A stretch of 56,468 bases of DNA from a virus (taxonomy: Duplodnaviria; Caudoviricetes), in IMG/VR virus record IMGVR_UViG_3300032050_000168, positions 1 to 56,468 of that record. One strand, written 5' to 3'. The notes under the pieces were generated by a model. It was not told the origin of the DNA. It did not search any database and worked only from the letters and a program-made list of their open reading frames with translations. A program made the position numbers and the translations under genes. Of the stretch, positions 38,137 through 46,759 are shown piece after piece (the first letter of the stretch is position 1; every line of letters starts with the position of its first letter).

Positions 38137-38397
38137 TTATTCTGTTATTTCTCCGGTATCAAAATCAATATCACCGGTTCCATATTTTTGCTGCAACTTT
38201 TCGTATAAAACCCTTTCTTTTTCTTGGAATTCTGTAAACCGATTTTCTTGCGTTTCAACAAGTAGGGATAACTCTTTTAGATTATTTTCTAGTATTTTTT
38301 TACTTAAATGAAGTTCACCCAGTGTGGTTATTATTTCCAAGTATGTTTCCCGAAGACTCTTCAATTCTTGTAATTCTTCATCCAAAACCTTTTTCAT
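38137..38397 (-). CDS. small coiled-coil protein
   Basis: Heptad-rich, ends KYGTGDIDFDTGEI; ATG 38397 chosen from SD spacing. Confidence 0.7.
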   Translation of the reverse strand: MKKVLDEELQELKSLRETYLEIITTLGELHLSKKILENNLKELSLLVETQENRFTEFQEKERVLYEKLQQKYGTGDIDFDTGEITE

Positions 38398-38427
38398 AAA
38401 CACTCTCTTTTAAAGTTCTATACATAT

Positions 38428-38435
38428 CATAAATA
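38428..38435 (-). promoter_or_regulatory. variant late promoter motif TATTTATG
   Basis: 31 nt upstream of the ATG at 38397; would head the sheath transcript. Confidence 0.5.
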
Positions 38436-38456
38436 TACAAAACAAATCTCAAAATA

Positions 38457-39251
38457 TCATTTATTTATTGGACCCGTGATGACTTCGGTGTCAAATACAA
38501 CCTTTTTTGGCGAGTATTGCAGTTTTGTGGTTTGTTCTCGGTTGCCGTTTTTATCTAACGTACTCTGTGGAAGTATATATGCTTTTACGTCAACGGTAAA
38601 TTTACTTCTGACCAATCGTGAACTATCCGCCGGTAATTGAACCGTATTTTCAAATTGACCAATCTTTGAAATAAATTTATAGTTATTTATCTCGCCCCAA
38701 TATTCGTTGCTTTCAAACGACAAATTTTCTATTACTTTATTCATTTGTTCTGTGAATTCTGTCCACACAACCCCTTCATATGTTATATCATAAAAATCTG
38801 GCATGACCGATGAGTGATACACCTGACTAGGAGTTATGCCATTTACTAACGCAAACCTGTCATAAATATTTCTTGAGTTCCATCCGGTTTTAAATGTATA
38901 TGTTTGATATTTGTTTGTTGGATTATTGATGCTATTTTCTTTTAGTCCTGTTCGTGCAATCATCATGATAGGTAACATAATCATCCCGTTCTTATCTCGC
39001 AACGCTCCATCTTGTTGTGCACTTTTCCATCGTTCTGGATTTCCATATATGACTGGAACGGGTATTTGTTTACCTTGTTGTGACACCACTGGTTTTATAT
39101 TATTTTGCAGATACCGTAATATTGCAGTATCTATTGTTTGTAATCCAATCTCAACTTGTTTACTCACTCCCGGTTCGTGTTTTGTATCAAACCCACGATT
39201 ATATCTGTTACGTACTGTAGAATTGTTTACGTCAAATGTTGGACGGTTCAT
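38457..39251 (-). CDS. tail completion / sheath terminator protein (T4 gp15-like)
   Basis: VPVIYGNPERW, LP.M...RTG, P.FYDITYE..VWT...EQMN.VIE; synteny. Confidence 0.7.
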   Translation of the reverse strand: MNRPTFDVNNSTVRNRYNRGFDTKHEPGVSKQVEIGLQTIDTAILRYLQNNIKPVVSQQGKQIPVPVIYGNPERWKSAQQDGALRDKNGMIMLPIMMIARTGLKENSINNPTNKYQTYTFKTGWNSRNIYDRFALVNGITPSQVYHSSVMPDFYDITYEGVVWTEFTEQMNKVIENLSFESNEYWGEINNYKFISKIGQFENTVQLPADSSRLVRSKFTVDVKAYILPQSTLDKNGNREQTTKLQYSPKKVVFDTEVITGPINK

Positions 39252-39709
39252 ATATGCGTATCCTCAAGATTAATATTACTTTTACGAGTTAAGTGCGATT
39301 GGCATATAATGGCTTGATTATATTCTGGTCTACCGGCAATTAGTTGTGCCTCGTTAATATTATCAATTGTATAATAATTTTCATTATATTTGATGATATC
39401 TCCAACATCAGGATATACATTTACATCTTGTAATATTTGTCTTACAAACCTAAATTCAACGTTTTTTTGGGTAATATCATATCCAAATCCATCGTCAGTT
39501 GCTGCAGTCTTTTTTGGGTATTTAATTAATCCATTCAAACTAATGCCTTTGTAATATGTTTTTTCAGTTGATTCCCCGTATATGTTTACGTTGACTACAT
39601 CATTTATTATTTTATATAATATGACTTCAACGTCAATAACATCAACTACGATTTCTCGGTTGATATGTTGAAAAAATTGATAATCTCTTGCAGAAACGAA
39701 TCTTGGCAT
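39248..39709 (-). CDS. neck / head-closure protein (T4 gp14-like)
   Basis: NIYGES..K, P.VGDII; position between the gp13-like and gp15-like genes. Confidence 0.7.
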   Translation of the reverse strand: MPRFVSARDYQFFQHINREIVVDVIDVEVILYKIINDVVNVNIYGESTEKTYYKGISLNGLIKYPKKTAATDDGFGYDITQKNVEFRFVRQILQDVNVYPDVGDIIKYNENYYTIDNINEAQLIAGRPEYNQAIICQSHLTRKSNINLEDTHI

Positions 39710-39710
39710 G

Positions 39711-40895
39711 TTATCCTATAAAAATTTGAGTAGGAACGTGTACAAAAATACTTTGCATTGCTTGTGCATTTTCCATCTGTTTTTTCAACTGTGCTTGCAT
39801 ACCAGTTTGTTCTAAGGTTTCACGAATTTCTTCTATCAATCCTTTCTTTTCTTCAGACGCTTCTCGGCGAAGTGTTTCTCCATCCATTCGTATTGTTGCG
39901 TCTGGTATTGGAATTTCTTGATATTTTGATCGTACGTTACCTAGTAATTCTTTTGCCAAAGCTAGTGTGTACCGATAAATCCACAACCGTCCAATGCTAT
40001 TGATATTTTTATATTGAATGTTTTCATATGGAATATTAGATAAATCTGAAACCACACTATTTTCTGATCCCGATTGAATTACTCCGCCAATTCCATTATT
40101 AGACGATCCATTTTGTTTATCACCTACTACCATATAATCAAACCAAATAGTTGTATTTTTTGTAAATATGGGGGTAAATTTAACAACGTTATTGGATACA
40201 CTAAAACTATATTGACTTTTACGAATCATATCATTCACTTCAATTGCTTGAATACGGAGTAAATCTTCGTATGCAGGCATCATCACGAATGTCACGGGCG
40301 GTGAATATCCATCAAATCCAAATTCACTCATCAAGTTAGTTAATCCAAGACCCGTCGTTGCAAATGGGTCATAGTAACGAGCAATGGCAGGTGGCATATA
40401 GTGATAGATACGACGAATTTCTATAGCAGACCCGCTTTCATATGGATCTGCCCACAATGACTTCAAATCATATGTTTGTTGATACGCAGACGCACTGATA
40501 TATCCTCGTTTTATTGTAACATTTCCACCGCTTTCTGCTTCTGTTCCGTATTGAGCGGATAATTTAACCAATTGAGGTAGTGGCGTTGCTAATATATTTC
40601 TTTGAGTAATATTAATACTTGTGTTCATTCCCTGCAAAGCAAACATATGTTCACGTGCATTGAATTGATTTACCTGATTACTGTATGTTGTAATTGCTTC
40701 CTCTAAGCATGCATAAATTTGCTTATGTGTTAATTCTACATCAACGACAGGATATCCCAGTCGTCTAGCAACAAACGTGGCAACTTCTGGCGCTTCTTGT
40801 TGAAATTCCACATCCCCGTCATAAAAACCAAACGGAGTTGCATTAACAGGACTAATTCGTGTTTCTTCAAATATTATAGGTTCACGATTCTGCAT
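39711..40895 (-). CDS. neck protein (T4 gp13-like)
   Basis: RRLGYPVVDVEL...QIYACLEEA, W..RYTLALAKELLG.VRSKY..IP. Confidence 0.8.
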   Translation of the reverse strand: MQNREPIIFEETRISPVNATPFGFYDGDVEFQQEAPEVATFVARRLGYPVVDVELTHKQIYACLEEAITTYSNQVNQFNAREHMFALQGMNTSINITQRNILATPLPQLVKLSAQYGTEAESGGNVTIKRGYISASAYQQTYDLKSLWADPYESGSAIEIRRIYHYMPPAIARYYDPFATTGLGLTNLMSEFGFDGYSPPVTFVMMPAYEDLLRIQAIEVNDMIRKSQYSFSVSNNVVKFTPIFTKNTTIWFDYMVVGDKQNGSSNNGIGGVIQSGSENSVVSDLSNIPYENIQYKNINSIGRLWIYRYTLALAKELLGNVRSKYQEIPIPDATIRMDGETLRREASEEKKGLIEEIRETLEQTGMQAQLKKQMENAQAMQSIFVHVPTQIFIG

Positions 40896-40918
40896 ACATG
40901 CCCTCTATTAGAGACATA

Positions 40919-40926
40919 TATAAATA
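40919..40926 (-). promoter_or_regulatory. putative late promoter motif TATTTATA
   Basis: 24 nt upstream of the ATG at 40895 and downstream of the capsid terminator. Confidence 0.65.
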
Positions 40927-40962
40927 TCAAATACCACATGTTAACCATGACTTATAGATAAT

Positions 40963-40987
40963 AAAAAGGGTGGTCCGAAGACCACCC
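40963..40987 (-). terminator. rho-independent terminator with a C(UUCG)G tetraloop after the major capsid gene
   Basis: GGGTGGTC-TTCG-GACCACCC-TTTTT. Confidence 0.95.
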
Positions 40988-41014
40988 AATTTATTAACCA
41001 CGTTACGAATTGTA

Positions 41015-42589
41015 TTAGACTTGTGCAAGCTTGTCGATGTAGATCTTGCCGAAGAATTCTGGACGGACGATCTTCTTTGCGTAACGTGTCATCACACCAC
41101 GGCGTGGCGTGAAGTTGTTTGGATCGTACACAAGTGGTGTCATGATCAATGGAATGTATGGGGCATAGACTGCACCAGTTTCCAAGAATTGTGAACCACG
41201 GAAGCCCATAAGAAGAACATTTTCCTTCATATATGGGTTCTTGTATACGGTGTAACGGTTTTGGAATGAACCAATCTTGGTTACACCAGCAGCAAATTCC
41301 ATCTTGTCACCATCTGTTCCAGCTTGGAAGCCAGGGATGGTTTCGAGAATTGTTGCAACCGTTGGTGAAACCACTGCAAAGTTTGCACCACCACGCATTG
41401 TGAGTTGGTGGATACGGTTACTGACCTTTTGCATCTTCTGACCAAGTGTTTGGAACCAGGTCATGTTGGTCCATGCTGTTCCTGTGAAGGATGAAGCGGC
41501 AAATGCTGAACCGTTCCATGTTGAACCGATTTCTGCTGACCAGTATTCGGTTGTTTGTGCTGCATTGATCAACATGTCAAGAATTTCAAGGTCAATTTCT
41601 GTTGCAACATAGTCTGACAACATACTGGTCAATTCTGCTTCTGCATCAACTGAGTGGTATGCATTCAAGTCTTGTGCAAGTTCTGGTGACCATACCGCCT
41701 TCAACTTACGTGTCTTGGCAACGATGGTTTCACTCTTGAGTTCCAAATCAATTTGTGGAATGTTCAAATCAGTTGAACCATCACGATCTTCAAAATCACC
41801 ACGTGTTGTATCGGTTGGTTGCTTGACCCATGTTACTGCTTGGAGAGGGGCAACACCACCGAATGAACTATTGACGATGAAGGTTACGTTTGTTCCATCA
41901 TACTTGGTAAATTCAGGAAGAACCAATGCACCAAAATCAATTCCTGAACCACTTGGTACGAATGTACGTACTGCTAACCAATCAGCATTTGGTAATACAC
42001 CTGCACTTACTGTGTATTTCTTCAATGAACCGGTTGCAACGTATGTATCGTTGAAATTTACATCAGCAAATGAAACCGATGCTGAAGTTACTGCAAGTGA
42101 ACTTGTTGTTGCGTTGTTAATGGAGTATCCAAACCGTCCTGCACCATACAAACCACCCGCATCCGTGTTTCCAAATCCACCCCACGTTGAACTTGCAGCT
42201 GTTCCATAGAGTGATGTAGCAGACGTTTGTCCGTTACGTGTGTTGCCATACTTGAAATCCATGTAGAAAACAAGTCCGGCTGGGAGGTTCATTGGTTGAA
42301 CTGAGACGAAGTTCTTACTTGCAATGCTTCCGAAAACCTTACGAACTAATGGAAGTGCAACACCTGCCCATTGTTCACCACTTGTTCCGGCTGAGTTTGT
42401 CTTACTGTTTTCTTGGAGAAGTTGCGTTGCTTGGTTTTCCAACATAACCGCCATACCTTGACGATCATATCCCTTCAACCCTTCCAAAAGACCTGAACGT
42501 TCCCACTTACCTGCTAATTTGCGGGTTTGATCAATGACGTGCTTATGTGCACTACCTGCTTCGTTGATAAATTCTTGTACATCTGACAT
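41015..42589 (-). CDS. major capsid protein (T4 gp23-like)
   Basis: LPLVRKVF, VQPM..P.GLVFY.DF, AKTRKLKAVWSPELAQDLNAYHSVDAEAEL, YAPYIPL, F.P..GVMTRYA; AGGAG SD. Confidence 0.97.
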   Translation of the reverse strand: MSDVQEFINEAGSAHKHVIDQTRKLAGKWERSGLLEGLKGYDRQGMAVMLENQATQLLQENSKTNSAGTSGEQWAGVALPLVRKVFGSIASKNFVSVQPMNLPAGLVFYMDFKYGNTRNGQTSATSLYGTAASSTWGGFGNTDAGGLYGAGRFGYSINNATTSSLAVTSASVSFADVNFNDTYVATGSLKKYTVSAGVLPNADWLAVRTFVPSGSGIDFGALVLPEFTKYDGTNVTFIVNSSFGGVAPLQAVTWVKQPTDTTRGDFEDRDGSTDLNIPQIDLELKSETIVAKTRKLKAVWSPELAQDLNAYHSVDAEAELTSMLSDYVATEIDLEILDMLINAAQTTEYWSAEIGSTWNGSAFAASSFTGTAWTNMTWFQTLGQKMQKVSNRIHQLTMRGGANFAVVSPTVATILETIPGFQAGTDGDKMEFAAGVTKIGSFQNRYTVYKNPYMKENVLLMGFRGSQFLETGAVYAPYIPLIMTPLVYDPNNFTPRRGVMTRYAKKIVRPEFFGKIYIDKLAQV

Positions 42590-42610
42590 AATGGTAAATC
42601 TCCTATAATA

Positions 42611-43735
42611 TTAGATAATTCCTGCGAGTTCTTGTAAACGACGAGCTACCGTATTTTCAACGATAACTTCTTTCTTTGGTGCCGTTGTTGGAGTTGCCTT
42701 AGAGGCTAATCCTTCGGTAACAACTTTCTTGCGTGATGTGTTGAACGTCTTTGCTGCTGTTGCAAGATTTTCAACTAATGCTGTGTATACTAACTTCACT
42801 TCACGAACCGTTGTTGCACGATCAAATGATTCCACAATGCGAATCTTTTGTTCGTTGGTCAAAGAGTCCTTACGGAACATCTTGTTTGTGAAGAGTAACT
42901 TAGCATTTAATAAGTTAACTTCTTGTAAACGGCCTCGGAGAATATTGACTGCTTCCCGATATTGTGCCAATTCGTTCTTGAGTCCCGCAAGTTTAGCAGC
43001 CATTGCTTTTTTGGCGTCATGAGCATCTGGCTTTGCGCCCATTTCGTCTTCGTCGGCTTCAAGTTCTGCAAGAATTGCTTCAAGATCAAGTTCTTCTTCA
43101 CCTTCTTCACCAGCTTCCATATCGTCTTCAACGACTGGTGCTTTGGCAAACTTTGATGGATCTGCATCTTGAGTTTCGTGTGAAACTTCATTTTTCTTCC
43201 ATCCTTCCTTCTTCATTTCTTCCTCTGCTTCTGGAGCCTTTTCAGCTTCTGGAGCTTCTTCCTTCTCTTCTGCTTCGTCTTCGTGTTCTGCTTCTGAAAG
43301 ACGTGCAATATCTTCTTCTAATTCCTTGATTACTTCGTCAAGGTCAAAATCACTTTCGGACCAATCATCGTACCAATCCGTGTGACTATCTTCTTTATTT
43401 TCACCACCGTCGCCAATTGCCGATGTGTCAAATGCATCATCAGATGGTTCCTTGTTATCGGAAGCGCCAACTGTTGATGAATCGGCTGGGAAGTCTGCAC
43501 CTCCTTCTGCCTCAGCGTCTTGGTGTGGAAGTTCTTTTACTGATTCTTCTTTCACTTCTTCCTTTTCTTCCTCGCCTTCCATTGCTTCAACACGAAGACG
43601 ACGGGCAATCATATCACGAATTTGTGGTGTAATTGCTTCTTCTAAAACGAGCTTTGCGTTCGCAACAGCAGTTTCACGAACTGCTTCTGCGTCGGCAATG
43701 GCTTCTTTTAAAAGCTTGTTGGTAATTTGTGCCAT
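42611..43735 (-). CDS. prohead scaffolding protein (T4 gp22-like)
   Basis: Very acidic middle, L.EVNLLNAKLLF.NK, C-terminal RRLQELAGI; directly upstream of the capsid gene. Confidence 0.8.
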   Translation of the reverse strand: MAQITNKLLKEAIADAEAVRETAVANAKLVLEEAITPQIRDMIARRLRVEAMEGEEEKEEVKEESVKELPHQDAEAEGGADFPADSSTVGASDNKEPSDDAFDTSAIGDGGENKEDSHTDWYDDWSESDFDLDEVIKELEEDIARLSEAEHEDEAEEKEEAPEAEKAPEAEEEMKKEGWKKNEVSHETQDADPSKFAKAPVVEDDMEAGEEGEEELDLEAILAELEADEDEMGAKPDAHDAKKAMAAKLAGLKNELAQYREAVNILRGRLQEVNLLNAKLLFTNKMFRKDSLTNEQKIRIVESFDRATTVREVKLVYTALVENLATAAKTFNTSRKKVVTEGLASKATPTTAPKKEVIVENTVARRLQELAGII

Positions 43736-43832
43736 ATTATGTTACTCCTATAAGGATTAGAAACAGATATTAGGATCTGTTATTAAAATGTAATAAAATA
43801 CCACCAATATTAAAAAATTAGTGTTTTACTAT

Positions 43833-43840
43833 TATAAATA
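43833..43840 (-). promoter_or_regulatory. putative late promoter motif TATTTATA for the scaffold-capsid operon
   Basis: Exact motif, 98 nt upstream of the scaffold ATG. Confidence 0.55.
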
Positions 43841-43861
43841 TATAGTTGGATTTTTAAAATA

Positions 43862-44077
43862 TCAATTATCGTAATGTTTTTGTCGTGCCGCTCGTCTTTC
43901 TTCACGTTTTCTGCGGCGTAATGCTTCTTGGCGTTTAAAAATACGCTTCTTAGAGGGTTTTAAGAAATGTTCACGATTTCTGAGTTCTTGTATTAACTCT
44001 GACTTTTTTACCATTTTAGTAAACTGTTTTAATGCCTTTCCTAATTCATCCTTTCCTTCATTGACCTTTACGTACAT
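43862..44077 (-). CDS. rpsU: phage-encoded 30S ribosomal protein bS21
   Basis: 71 aa, basic: VKV......L.KALKQF.KMVKKS.LIQELR.REHF.KPS.KR..K...A.RR; AAGGGGGT SD. Confidence 0.9.
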   Translation of the reverse strand: MYVKVNEGKDELGKALKQFTKMVKKSELIQELRNREHFLKPSKKRIFKRQEALRRRKREERRAARQKHYDN

Positions 44078-44086
44078 GTAACCCCC

Positions 44087-44476
44087 TTAATACGTTAATA
44101 TTTTATATGAAATTGCCACCATTTCAGTCAGTGGCTTTTGTAACAACATAGTTTTATTATGTTCATTTAACTTCTTGAGTACAGTTGTAAGCATTTGTGC
44201 AGTAAATGTATCTACCAATTCTCCCTTCACATAGGTTGGCGTTTTCGTATTCACAATTTCTTGTAATGTTTCGTGAACATATGTTGGTGAATTAAATACT
44301 TTTTTTACTTCATCAATACTAACACGAGAAGACGCAAACTTTTTTGCGTCCTCTGGTGAGATACTCTTGGCAATTTTTTTAATTTTATCGTTCACTTTAT
44401 CAGAAGAAACTTTTCCCATCTGATACGCGTGAACTAGTCCAAATAGTTTTTGTTGTTGCTTACTAACTGCTGGCAT
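44087..44476 (-). CDS. hypothetical protein (MPA.SK.QQ..FG N-terminus, DUF3008-like)
   Basis: MPAVSKQQQKLFGLVHA...KIAKSIS..DAKKFAS. Confidence 0.65.
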   Translation of the reverse strand: MPAVSKQQQKLFGLVHAYQMGKVSSDKVNDKIKKIAKSISPEDAKKFASSRVSIDEVKKVFNSPTYVHETLQEIVNTKTPTYVKGELVDTFTAQMLTTVLKKLNEHNKTMLLQKPLTEMVAISYKILTY

Positions 44477-44479
44477 GTG

Positions 44480-44755
44480 TTAATCCGTTTTCTTTTTACG
44501 GCCACGTGTCTTCTTAACCTTTTCTACTACCGTCTTTGCTACCTTCTTTGTCTTTTTAGCGACAATTTTAGCGTCGGCAACAGTGACTACTCCGTCTTTA
44601 TTGACATCGGCAACTTTTTCAACTACCGTTTCAACTTTATCTTCTACTTTCTTTGCAGCAGTTGCAAGTTTATCTGCCAGTGGTTGATTCATATCTTTAA
44701 TGACAAACCATGCAATAACACATGCAACGACAAGAACTACCGATAATAGTAACAT
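44480..44755 (-). CDS. small membrane-anchored protein with an EF-hand/dockerin-like loop and a Lys-rich tail
   Basis: N-terminal hydrophobic helix, DVNKDGVVTVADAK, basic C-terminus; AGGAG SD. Confidence 0.65.
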   Translation of the reverse strand: MLLLSVVLVVACVIAWFVIKDMNQPLADKLATAAKKVEDKVETVVEKVADVNKDGVVTVADAKIVAKKTKKVAKTVVEKVKKTRGRKKKTD

Positions 44756-44765
44756 ATAATTCTCC

Positions 44766-45350
44766 TTATTTAACTTCGCTTAAGAAATCGTGAACCAATT
44801 TATCAATTGCATCATATGGTGTAACAATCTTAGACTGTACATTTTCGTTAATGAATGCCCCAATTGTTGAGGGATTACTTACAATATCAAAGCAAATTAG
44901 TGAGAAATCTTCTTGAACTTCTACCGTATTTTCTCCCATTTGGCGCACCGATCCCATACCTCTGGATGATACTCCGAGACGAATATTGTTCTTGATGAGT
45001 TCCCGTACAATATTACCGGTTGGTGTGGTCAAAATTTCAATGTCGCCTTTAACATCATCACCGTCCGTCCACAACCCCACCACGTTACAGCACACATTCT
45101 TGAGGTTGACGACGGGACTTTCAGGATGGTCCAGTTCACCTAATGCACGACGACTATCTACGAAGTTTTTCTTGTAAACTGCTGCCTCACGCATCAATAC
45201 TTCTTTTGGATACACACGACCATTTTGATTTTTTGCATTAGCCCGTTGTAATACGACGTTTTTTAGGATGAAAGGTTTACTTCCATCTAACGCTTCCGTT
45301 AGAATGTTACGGTCATAATGTAATTCGGTATATTCACAGAGAAGTCCCAT
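44766..45350 (-). CDS. prohead core protease (T4 gp21-like)
   Basis: N.NGRVYP, ALGELDHP, TPTGNI, LGVSSRGMGS, FDIVSNPST; start reassigned to MGLLCE. Confidence 0.95.
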   Translation of the reverse strand: MGLLCEYTELHYDRNILTEALDGSKPFILKNVVLQRANAKNQNGRVYPKEVLMREAAVYKKNFVDSRRALGELDHPESPVVNLKNVCCNVVGLWTDGDDVKGDIEILTTPTGNIVRELIKNNIRLGVSSRGMGSVRQMGENTVEVQEDFSLICFDIVSNPSTIGAFINENVQSKIVTPYDAIDKLVHDFLSEVK

Positions 45351-45351
45351 A

Positions 45352-45816
45352 TTATCCTCGCATCTCACGAAGGCGACGAGCCATTTCCATGAGTCGTGCT
45401 TCTAATTTAGTCATTTGATGTTGTGTTCGTTTCCACAACGATTCGTTACTGATACCATATTCGTTTTTTAAACGTGTGTTGTAATGTAACGCCTTTTCCA
45501 TTAACTTTAATTGTTTATTAATTGCGGAAATGGCTTCTCCAATCTTTTGATGTGGAAGTTTATTGGGATCGTTACGGTAAGTATAATAATTTTCGTTTAA
45601 CTTATCACCTTTGCCCGTAGCTTCTGCGCCACGCTTAGTTAATGTATATCCAATACGTTTGGCCATTTGTTTGATGTGATCAGTATTTGCTTTCTTATCA
45701 CCAACAAATGCTTTAGGTGTTAAATATCCCGCAACACCAGCAGTGGTACTGATTTCATTCAATTCTTGTTCAATTAATTCCCGAATCATTTCACGAAGTT
45801 TTTCTTCTCTATTCAT
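45352..45816 (-). CDS. probable internal head / prohead core protein
   Basis: LREMIRELIEQELNE followed by ISTTAGVAGYLTPKAF. Confidence 0.6.
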   Translation of the reverse strand: MNREEKLREMIRELIEQELNEISTTAGVAGYLTPKAFVGDKKANTDHIKQMAKRIGYTLTKRGAEATGKGDKLNENYYTYRNDPNKLPHQKIGEAISAINKQLKLMEKALHYNTRLKNEYGISNESLWKRTQHQMTKLEARLMEMARRLREMRG

Positions 45817-45819
45817 ATA

Positions 45820-46698
45820 TTAACTCAACGAATCAAGTTGATGTGAAATTTCGTAGGCAATTAATAACGCAGTAATATAATTGTCTTTTATTGCGGTTTT
45901 TGTTTGAATATTTTGTAATTGAGAAGTGACTTCATTTATTTTAATTCTCGTAACGTCATTTTTAATTTTATGGGAATTTTTCTTGATTCGTTGAGTTAAT
46001 TCTTTTGCTTCTTGAACAACGTACGTACCGAACTTTTCAAGGTCAGTCCCGTTATTAATATATTCACGTAATAATGCTTTCTGCTTATCACTGAAATTAC
46101 TATATTTTTCGTTAAATCGTTCTAATAAGAATTTGTATGAAAGATACCGAATTTCTTCTGGTTGCTCTTTTAATGCCTCCGAATAGTTACTTTCCTTGAC
46201 AATCTTTTCTTCTTTAATTTCACCCTTTAAGTGCTCCACAACAACAAACCGTGCGTTCACCATTTCGTCTATTTGCATAAACATAGATGGGTCAGAATCA
46301 GCACGGGTCATGGATTCAAATAGTTTATATACGGACGCATACACTTTATACGAAGGAACTCGTCCTGACATAAATTGCTTTAAGTCACAGTGTTGTTTGA
46401 TTTCTTTAATTAACAAGAATTTTTGTACGTCCAACATTTTTTCATTTAATGTTTTACGTTTTGCCAATACTAAATCTAACATATCAAGTGCTTTTGTTTC
46501 TGATAATTTAGTGGCGTTAAAAAACGAACGGTATAATTGGAGTTCTTTTCCAAGTTCCGATTTTGAATGAAAATGTTCTCGCATAAGTCTAACCGCAAAG
46601 CTGTCAGATTTATTATCAAGGACATCTGAGGCTACTTTTCTTACCAATAGTTCAAAAAGAATGCCTGTATTACGTAGTTTATTATGTTTGATGTTCAT
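45820..46698 (-). CDS. head-module protein between portal and protease (function unknown)
   Basis: MNIKHNKLRNTGILFELL; helical; position in the head gene block. Confidence 0.65.
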   Translation of the reverse strand: MNIKHNKLRNTGILFELLVRKVASDVLDNKSDSFAVRLMREHFHSKSELGKELQLYRSFFNATKLSETKALDMLDLVLAKRKTLNEKMLDVQKFLLIKEIKQHCDLKQFMSGRVPSYKVYASVYKLFESMTRADSDPSMFMQIDEMVNARFVVVEHLKGEIKEEKIVKESNYSEALKEQPEEIRYLSYKFLLERFNEKYSNFSDKQKALLREYINNGTDLEKFGTYVVQEAKELTQRIKKNSHKIKNDVTRIKINEVTSQLQNIQTKTAIKDNYITALLIAYEISHQLDSLS

Positions 46699-46759
46699 AT
46701 GTTATCCGTATTAGACGAGTAAACAACCACCATATATAAGTAAATATCTTGAAACATCA

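Noticed and set aside
43862-44077. bS21 as a sign of host chromosome contamination or a prophage boundary
   Set aside because: It is flanked on both sides by co-oriented phage head genes, with no other host genes nearby
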